Made by a program: the position numbers and the translations under genes
Notes under the pieces: generated by a model
Told to the model about the DNA's origin: nothing
What the model saw: the letters and a program-made list of their open reading frames with translations, nothing else
Database searches by the model: none
Virus record (IMG/VR): IMGVR_UViG_3300030451_003166
DNA from: an uncultured virus (IMG/VR IMGVR_UViG_3300030451_003166)
Lineage: Duplodnaviria; Heunggongvirae; Uroviricota; Caudoviricetes; Crassvirales
Length of the DNA stretch: 20,000 nt
Direction: 5' to 3' (one strand)
Shown here: positions 13,871 to 20,000 of the stretch, piece by piece
Layout of the letters: each line of letters opens with the position of its first letter
How positions within the stretch are numbered: the stretch's first letter is position 1

Positions 13871-14567
13871 CGATGAGGACTACTATGGTGAGTTTGGCAA
13901 GCAGTTCCTTTCTAACTCAGATATAGGAACGTTGTTAAAAAACCCATTAGGTCTTCACGTTAAAAGGCCAACAACACCAGCATTTGTTGTAGGTGGTTAT
14001 TTTCACACGTGTATACTAGAACCAGATAAACTAGAGAGTTTTAAAGTTATAAAGTCTAAAACACGTAATACCAAAGAGTACAAAGAAATGTCAGGTGGAG
14101 AGCTGTGCTTATTGCAGCACGAGGTTGATGAGATATTATTAATGAGAGATAAGATGATGAGTAACGATATTTGTAGAGATCTTATACAAAATTCACAAAC
14201 CGAATACGAACAACCTGGGATAATAAAATTGTTCGACAACATGTGGAAAGGTAAAGCTGATATTGTTAATCATGAAGAAAAGTTAATAATAGATCTGAAA
14301 ACAACAGCTGATATTGACAAGTTCAAATGGTCAGCTTCAAAGTATAACTATGATTCACAAGCATACATATACAGTAAAATGTTTGGGTATGAAATGTTAT
14401 TCGTAGTTATAGATAAGAACACCAAACAAATCGGTATGTTCGACTGTTCACCAGAGTTTTATAAACGAGGTGAGGACAAGGTGAGTAAAGCAAGCGAAGC
14501 TTATGACTTGTTTTACAAGACCAAGGATTTTGATCCTAAACAGTATTTCATAAGCAAAACCCTTTAA
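13836..14567 (+). CDS. PD-(D/E)XK exonuclease (RecE/exonuclease VIII-like)
   Basis: LSNSDI, GGYFHTCILEP, KGKADIV, IIDLKTT, YDSQAYIY; adjacent to ERF. Confidence 0.85.
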   Translation: MNKEKILQRLNNDEDYYGEFGKQFLSNSDIGTLLKNPLGLHVKRPTTPAFVVGGYFHTCILEPDKLESFKVIKSKTRNTKEYKEMSGGELCLLQHEVDEILLMRDKMMSNDICRDLIQNSQTEYEQPGIIKLFDNMWKGKADIVNHEEKLIIDLKTTADIDKFKWSASKYNYDSQAYIYSKMFGYEMLFVVIDKNTKQIGMFDCSPEFYKRGEDKVSKASEAYDLFYKTKDFDPKQYFISKTL

Positions 14568-14579
14568 ACCAAATTAATT

Positions 14580-14747
14580 ATGGCTAGAACAAAAATGAAA
14601 GTATGTGACGTTACAGGTATGAAAACATCTGCAAACAATTTTTACAAAAACCAAAGTCATGTAAAAGCTGTAGATAACATTAGAAGAATGACATCTGCAA
14701 CTAAAGAACAATTAAAAAGAATGTTTAACCAAATCAATAATTACTAA
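14580..14747 (+). CDS. Hypothetical protein (55 aa)
   Basis: Manual translation MARTKMKVCDVTGMKTSANNFYKNQSHVKAVDNIRRM... Confidence 0.65.
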   Translation: MARTKMKVCDVTGMKTSANNFYKNQSHVKAVDNIRRMTSATKEQLKRMFNQINNY

Positions 14748-14749
14748 TT

Positions 14750-15058
14750 ATGGCAAGTATTATTAAAACGAGTATTAACCTCAACAATATACCTAAAGAT
14801 AAAATCTTTGAAGGTAAAAAAGGTAAATACTTACCGATTACAATTACGCTGAACAATGAACCAGATCAGTTTGGTAACCAAGGTCCAGTTGTAGTTGAAC
14901 AAACAAAAGATGAGAGAGATGCTAAAGCAGCTAAAACTTATCTTGGTAATGTTAAAGTAGTTTGGACTGATGGCAACAATGTTGACAGAGCTCCTATGGA
15001 TAACTCAGCGCCTGCTCCTCAGCAAGCACCTGCGGTTGAAGAAGATTTACCGTTTTAA
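14750..15058 (+). CDS. Probable single-stranded DNA-binding protein
   Basis: Beta-rich core, P/A/Q linker and acidic EEDLPF tail; lies between the exonuclease and the primase. Confidence 0.7.
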   Translation: MASIIKTSINLNNIPKDKIFEGKKGKYLPITITLNNEPDQFGNQGPVVVEQTKDERDAKAAKTYLGNVKVVWTDGNNVDRAPMDNSAPAPQQAPAVEEDLPF

Positions 15059-16773
15059 TGAATAGAGAAGAGATCAATGGATTTTTGATTGATGAGTTCA
15101 ATCAATACGGCCTAAAAGAGGGCGCAACACAAGGCACTTGCCCGTTGTGCTCTCACACTAGGAAACCTAAGAATCAGAAGCTAAAATGTGCTTCTTATGA
15201 TTGGGAACGTGGTCTCGGTACCTGTCACAATTGCAATACTAGTTTTCAACTTCATACTTACCAACGCAAGGGTAACAGCGAACGTGTTTATACTAGACCG
15301 GAAACGCCTACCGACTTCAACGAGGTAAGTACGAATGTTGAAACATGGTTTGAAAATAGAGGTATATCAAAGCAAACACTCAGAGATCTTCAAGTTACTG
15401 AAGGTCCTGAGTTTATGCCTCAGACAGGTAAATCAGAAAATACTATTCAGTTTAACTATTTAATGGGTGGACAACTCATTAATGTTAAATACAGAGACGG
15501 TAGAAAAAACTTTAAGCTTTATAAAGGAGCTGAAAAAGTATTTTATAATATCGATAGTATTGTAGGTTACGATTGGTGTGTTGTTACAGAAGGTGAAATG
15601 GATGTGTTAGCATTACATGAAGCTGGTGTACCAAATGCAATATCAGTACCAAACGGAGCCACGTTAAACAATAACAACTTAGATTATTTAGATAACTGTA
15701 TTGATTACTTTGAAGACAAAGCCAAGATTATATTAGCTGTAGATGCTGATGAAGCTGGTCAAGTTTTAAGACAAGAGCTAGTTAGACGTTTAGGCGCTGA
15801 GGTTTGTTACTTAGTTGATTTTAACGGTAACAAAGACGCTAACGACTATTTATTAGAACATGGTAAAGAGTCATTACGTAATGTAATATTAAACTCTAAC
15901 CCTGTTCCTCTTGAAAATGTATCAACACTTAGAGATATAGAAAATGAACTTAAAGACTTTGTTAAAAACGGTTTTAAACCAGGTTTCCAAGTTGGGCTTA
16001 GTAACTTCGATAAGATTTTTTCTACTTATACTGGGCAGTTTATTACTGTTACTGGTATCCCTAGTTCTGGTAAGTCTGACTTTGTTGACCAAATGGTTGT
16101 TGGTTACAACAATAACTATGGTTGGAAAACTGCGTACGCTTCTCCAGAAAATCAACCAATATATCTACACGCGCACAAACTAATGCGTAAGCATTGGCAA
16201 GACATGCCAAGTGTGGGTGATATTGGAGGTAACAAATGGGAACAAGTAGCAAACCACGTCAATGACAATTACTTTTTTATAGATATGGATAAGTATAACT
16301 TAGAGTCTATATTAAAAAAGGGTGCTGAACTTGTTAAACGTAAAGGTATTAAATGTTTGGTTATAGACCCGTTTAATAAAGTTAGAGATACAAACGCAGC
16401 ATCAGATGACGTAAACCGTTATACAATGGACTATTTAGCTAAGATTGAGTCTTTTTGTAAAAAGTATGATGTATTAACTTTTATTGTGGCACACCCTACT
16501 AAAATGTACAAAGGTCAAGATGGTAAAATTGAAGAACCAACAATGTACAATATTAAAGGTGGTGGTGAATGGTACGATGCTAGTTATCACGGTTTGTTAG
16601 TTCACAGAGATTATGAAGCTAAAACAACTAAAGTAAAAGTACTTAAAGTTAAGTTTCAAAACCTCGGTGAAAATGGGGCTGAATCACATTTTACTTGGGA
16701 GCCTAAATCTGGAAGCTTTATACCACATGAAGCTTTAGTTGAAGAGGGTGAACCAATGCCTTGGGAATCATAA
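15058..16773 (+). CDS. DNA primase-helicase (T7 gp4/Twinkle-like)
   Basis: Zn finger CPLC...CHNC, TOPRIM EGEMD and DADEAG, Walker A GIPSSGKS, LVIDP, VAHP. Confidence 0.93.
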   Translation: MNREEINGFLIDEFNQYGLKEGATQGTCPLCSHTRKPKNQKLKCASYDWERGLGTCHNCNTSFQLHTYQRKGNSERVYTRPETPTDFNEVSTNVETWFENRGISKQTLRDLQVTEGPEFMPQTGKSENTIQFNYLMGGQLINVKYRDGRKNFKLYKGAEKVFYNIDSIVGYDWCVVTEGEMDVLALHEAGVPNAISVPNGATLNNNNLDYLDNCIDYFEDKAKIILAVDADEAGQVLRQELVRRLGAEVCYLVDFNGNKDANDYLLEHGKESLRNVILNSNPVPLENVSTLRDIENELKDFVKNGFKPGFQVGLSNFDKIFSTYTGQFITVTGIPSSGKSDFVDQMVVGYNNNYGWKTAYASPENQPIYLHAHKLMRKHWQDMPSVGDIGGNKWEQVANHVNDNYFFIDMDKYNLESILKKGAELVKRKGIKCLVIDPFNKVRDTNAASDDVNRYTMDYLAKIESFCKKYDVLTFIVAHPTKMYKGQDGKIEEPTMYNIKGGGEWYDASYHGLLVHRDYEAKTTKVKVLKVKFQNLGENGAESHFTWEPKSGSFIPHEALVEEGEPMPWES

Positions 16774-17039
16774 TGGGAAAGAAATTTCATAGATCACCTA
16801 GAAAATCACCACCAAGAAGAAGTTGGACTCCTGAAGAGTTAAAAATAATAGGTTGGTGTTTAAATAGAAAAATAGGTGTAGGAATAAGCCCTGACTGGAA
16901 AGATGATTGGAACAGATGGCAAATAGATATATCTATAAATGGTAAAACGCACACCGACCCTAATAGATATAAAGATGAAGATGTGTATGACAAAGTTAAC
17001 GAATATTATAAATACTACTATGATAAATACAATAAATAA
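16773..17039 (+). CDS. Hypothetical protein
   Basis: Likely start at the TAATG overlap (MGKKFHRS...). Confidence 0.7.
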   Translation: MGKKFHRSPRKSPPRRSWTPEELKIIGWCLNRKIGVGISPDWKDDWNRWQIDISINGKTHTDPNRYKDEDVYDKVNEYYKYYYDKYNK

Positions 17040-17676
17040 TAAAGTCTTTAGAAATGCAAATGAAGCCTACGAGTATTTACACGACAGAATAATACAAGAC
17101 GGTACAGATTTTGCAGGTACTAAAGCATTGTTTAATGTAGGTTTTTATATGACAGAACCTACGGAAAACAAAATAACAAACAAAGAGCGTAACTGGAAAA
17201 AAGATTATGCTGAAGCTGAATGGCAATGGTACTTATCTGGCGATCGTAACATAGCTAAGCTTGGTGAGTTATATGGTAAAGTGCCAGCTATATGGAAACG
17301 TATGGCTGATGTTGATGGTAACGTAAACTCTAACTACGGTTGGCAATGGCAACGTAATCAACAGCTTGATAATGTAATTAAATTACTTAAAACACTACCT
17401 GAAACTAGACAAGCGGCTATATCTATATATGATGCTAAAGAGTATGATAAATATGCTTATGACACTCCATGTACATACGCTGTACAGTTTACAATTCACC
17501 GCGGAAAATTAGATATGTGTGTAACAATGCGTAGCAACGACTTATGGTATGGTTTTTGTAACGATCAATACTGTTTCTCTGAGCTGCAAAAGATGGTCTC
17601 TAATGAATTAAATATTAAACCTGGTGTATATTATCATTTTGCACATAATATGCATCTATATAATGACAAAATATGA
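17020..17676 (+). CDS. Thymidylate-synthase-fold enzyme, dCMP hydroxymethylase (T4 gp42)-like
   Basis: NSNYGW, PCTYAVQF, MRSNDLWYGFCND, NMHLY. Likely start 17020 (ORF track start 16939). Confidence 0.8.
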   Translation: MINTINNKVFRNANEAYEYLHDRIIQDGTDFAGTKALFNVGFYMTEPTENKITNKERNWKKDYAEAEWQWYLSGDRNIAKLGELYGKVPAIWKRMADVDGNVNSNYGWQWQRNQQLDNVIKLLKTLPETRQAAISIYDAKEYDKYAYDTPCTYAVQFTIHRGKLDMCVTMRSNDLWYGFCNDQYCFSELQKMVSNELNIKPGVYYHFAHNMHLYNDKI

Positions 17677-18506
17677 CGTATTGTATATACCATATACCGG
17701 GTGTAAAAATAGGTGTAACAAACAATGTGAGATACAGAGTTGAAGAGCAACAAGGTTATAAAGAAGGAGAATATGAAATAGTTGAAATGTCAGATGACAT
17801 AAACTATATCTCTGAAAAAGAACATGAGCTTCAACGTAAGTACGGTTATAGAGTAGACCGAAAACTATACTCTGAATTATTTAATAACAATTTTATAAAA
17901 TTAAAAACTATGAACATTAACGTAACAGAAATGACAACAACGTTTCCATGTCCTGTAAACAAACTAAAAGGTCGACTCATGGACAATAAAGGTATGAGAT
18001 GGGATATAGCTGGAACTAGTGTTGTATTGACAGATGCTACCATATCGTGGATTATGGATAATATTAAATGCTCTCAGTATACAAATGATAGATGTTATAT
18101 CTATAATAAAGCTTTTACTAGATGGTTTGATAATAACGATCCTTATGACGGTAAAACTTTAACAGGTGCTTTATCACCAACAGGTGTAAGATGTGCACAA
18201 CCTGATTGTAGTAACGAAACCTTATTTGACTGTATAAGAGTATGGGCTAACGAAAGAGGTTTATACGACAAGGGTGATGTCAAAACACAGTATATAAAAC
18301 TAATGGAAGAAACAGGAGAAATAGGTAGAGCTATACTAAAAGAAGATACTGAAGAGGTTATTGACGGTATTGGTGATGCTGTAGTTGTACTAACAAACTT
18401 AGCAGAACTAGTTGGTGTACCTATTGAAGACTGTATGCAGCAAGCTTATAATGTGATAAGCAAGAGAACAGGTAAAATGGTTAACGGAACATTTAAAAAA
18501 GATTAA
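17673..18506 (+). CDS. MazG-like NTP pyrophosphohydrolase with a GIY-YIG-like N-terminal region
   Basis: C-terminal KLMEETGEIGRA...DGIGDAVVVL; N-terminal YCIYHIPGVKIGVTNNVRYR. Confidence 0.8.
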   Translation: MTYCIYHIPGVKIGVTNNVRYRVEEQQGYKEGEYEIVEMSDDINYISEKEHELQRKYGYRVDRKLYSELFNNNFIKLKTMNINVTEMTTTFPCPVNKLKGRLMDNKGMRWDIAGTSVVLTDATISWIMDNIKCSQYTNDRCYIYNKAFTRWFDNNDPYDGKTLTGALSPTGVRCAQPDCSNETLFDCIRVWANERGLYDKGDVKTQYIKLMEETGEIGRAILKEDTEEVIDGIGDAVVVLTNLAELVGVPIEDCMQQAYNVISKRTGKMVNGTFKKD

Positions 18507-18507
18507 T

Positions 18508-18807
18508 ATGTCAGATAGAGAAATTATGGATAGCAAAAACGGTATCGTAGCTAGAAAGTCTTATGGCTTTCGTGATGAGGTCGTTAAAAATGTAGTTGAT
18601 AAGTTTGTTGATAGATCAGACGTCGGCTACGAAAAGTATGGTCAAACATTACACGATGAAAGAACATCAAACGTTAAAGGTTTGGCTGATTATTTAAATG
18701 ATATACAAGAAGAGCTTATGGATGCGATATTGTATATACAAACAGCTAGAGAAGAACTCGAAGAGTTAAAAGCTTTAAAAAACCCTTTTTTAAATGAAAA
18801 GGCGTAG
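18508..18807 (+). CDS. Small all-alpha NTP-pyrophosphatase-like protein
   Basis: RSDVGYEKYG...IQEELMDAILY (EExxD motif). Confidence 0.55.
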   Translation: MSDREIMDSKNGIVARKSYGFRDEVVKNVVDKFVDRSDVGYEKYGQTLHDERTSNVKGLADYLNDIQEELMDAILYIQTAREELEELKALKNPFLNEKA

Positions 18808-19237
18808 AAAAAAAGGTCCCGTCAGATCAAAGAAAGTCACGTTTGACGGGATTACTTTTGCTTCTGGATTAGAACGTTACATGTATCAAGTATTAAAGAA
18901 AGCTAAAATACATACCGAATACGAAGGTTGTACGTTTATACTACAAGAAGGTTTTATGCTTGATAACAGATCGTACGAAAGACAAAGTAATGGTAAAGGT
19001 GATATGGTTGATAGAGGTAGTAAAAAAATATTACCAATAAAATATACACCAGACTTTATTGGTTATGATTATGTTATTGAGTGTAAAGGTAGAGCTAACG
19101 AAAGCTTCCCACTTAGATGGAAAATGTTTAAAAAATATGTAAATCATAAGATGAAACATGTAACTTTATATAAACCTCAGAACCAAAAAGAATGTGACAA
19201 AGTAATTGAATTAATAACTAAAAACAGAAATAAATGA
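18794..19237 (+). CDS. T7 endonuclease I-like Holliday junction resolvase
   Basis: FASGLE, YTPDF, IECKG motifs. Confidence 0.8.
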   Translation: MKRRRKKGPVRSKKVTFDGITFASGLERYMYQVLKKAKIHTEYEGCTFILQEGFMLDNRSYERQSNGKGDMVDRGSKKILPIKYTPDFIGYDYVIECKGRANESFPLRWKMFKKYVNHKMKHVTLYKPQNQKECDKVIELITKNRNK

Positions 19238-19368
19238 AAGAGTGGGAATTAAGTTTTGGTTCATACCCAGGTATAATAATTGGGTTTAGAACTTATCAAG
19301 AAAAACATAGAACTAATCATGTATTTTATTTACCTTTTGTTGATGTTTGTTTAACCGTATATAAATAG
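19234..19368 (+). CDS. Hypothetical protein (44 aa)
   Basis: MKEWELSFGSYPGIIIGFRTYQEKHRTNHVFYLPFVDVCLTVYK; ATGA overlap. Confidence 0.6.
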   Translation: MKEWELSFGSYPGIIIGFRTYQEKHRTNHVFYLPFVDVCLTVYK

Positions 19369-19374
19369 TATTAA

Positions 19375-20000
19375 ATGAGTGATATAAATAAAAAAATACT
19401 TTCGGACTTAACAGTCCACATGAAATATGCTAAGTTTGTACCTGAATTAAACAGAAGAGAAACTTGGGAAGAGTTAGTAACTAGAAACAAGGAGATGCAT
19501 CAAAAGCGTTATCCTGATTTGTATAACGAAATAGAAGAAAATTATAGATATGTATATAAGAAAAAAGTTTTACCAAGTATGCGAAGCCTACAATTCAGTG
19601 GCAAACCGATTGAGATTTCGCCCAATAGACTCTACAACTGCTCCTATTTACCTATTGATCACGTTGATAGCTTTAGCGAGTGTATGTTTCTTTTGCTTAG
19701 TGGATGTGGCGTAGGTTATTCTGTACAAAAACATCATATAGAAAAACTACCTGAAATAACAAAACCATTTGTTGGTAGAACAAGAAGGTTTGTTATTGGT
19801 GATAGTATTGAAGGTTGGTCTGATGCAATTAAAGTATTAATCAAGTCTTATTTGGGCTCTAAGAGATCATCTAAGATAAAGTTTGATTATTCTGATATTA
19901 GACCAAAGGGAGCTAGGCTTGTGACCTCTGGCGGTAAAGCACCAGGACCACAGCCATTAAAAGAATGTTTATTAAAAATTAAAGGAATATTAGATGCTAA
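19375..20000 (+). CDS. nrdJ: Class II (B12-dependent) ribonucleotide reductase, N-terminal part
   Basis: Not in the ORF track. Manual translation: KYAK...RRETWEE...VLPSMRSLQF...YNCSY...LLLSGCGVGYSV...TSGGKAPGP; open to the window end. Confidence 0.88.
   Translation, partial: MSDINKKILSDLTVHMKYAKFVPELNRRETWEELVTRNKEMHQKRYPDLYNEIEENYRYVYKKKVLPSMRSLQFSGKPIEISPNRLYNCSYLPIDHVDSFSECMFLLLSGCGVGYSVQKHHIEKLPEITKPFVGRTRRFVIGDSIEGWSDAIKVLIKSYLGSKRSSKIKFDYSDIRPKGARLVTSGGKAPGPQPLKECLLKIKGILDA

Noticed and set aside
17020..17676. Canonical thyA call
   Set aside because: It has Asp at the Asn177-equivalent position and PCT instead of PCH.
4749..18043. Short minus-strand ORFs (4749, 5304, 5542, 7329, 8225, 8437, 9112, 11461, 12219, 14003, 15922, 16061, 16787, 17846) and nested plus-strand ORFs 10144 and 15944
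   Set aside because: They overlap better-supported, tightly coupled plus-strand genes.
17673..18807. 2-aminoadenine (Z-genome) pathway
   Set aside because: MazG-like genes are present, but no PurZ or HD-domain DatZ is visible in the window.
13091..19200. TGTGACAA at 13091 and 19193 as further operator copies
   Set aside because: Both lie inside CDSs (Cys-Asp-Lys codons) and lack a partner arm.

Overview
AT-rich dsDNA phage segment, probably from a marine or aquatic Bacteroidota (flavobacterial) phage. Host evidence: A-rich starts without Shine-Dalgarno sequences and a signal peptide followed by Gln. It has three parts. (1) <1-3056, minus strand: six tandem small, very basic proteins. Four begin M[AGS]FKMKG[FY]xYPG, and all six carry [ST]P-x-K motifs. 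(2) 3057-3563 is a divergent control region with a 47-bp inverted-repeat element and a GC-rich, C-tract island. It is followed by an early-type region (3564-9723) of about 30 tiny ORFs. Ten copies of a strictly spaced promoter-like motif (TACAAnnYAAATACGA-N9-GATAATAWA) punctuate these two regions, and three structured intergenic RNA candidates lie among the ORFs, one ending in a tRNA-like acceptor/T-arm minihelix. (3) 9720->20000 is a replication and nucleotide-metabolism module: ATP-dependent DNA ligase, pyrimidine-dimer glycosylase-like protein, HTH protein, P-loop NTPase, sigma70-family factor, ERF, PD-(D/E)XK exonuclease, SSB, primase-helicase, a thymidylate-synthase-fold enzyme with dCMP-hydroxymethylase-type signature residues, two MazG-like NTP pyrophosphatases, an endonuclease I-like resolvase and a class II RNR. 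All calls come from reading motifs by eye; no searches or folding programs were run.
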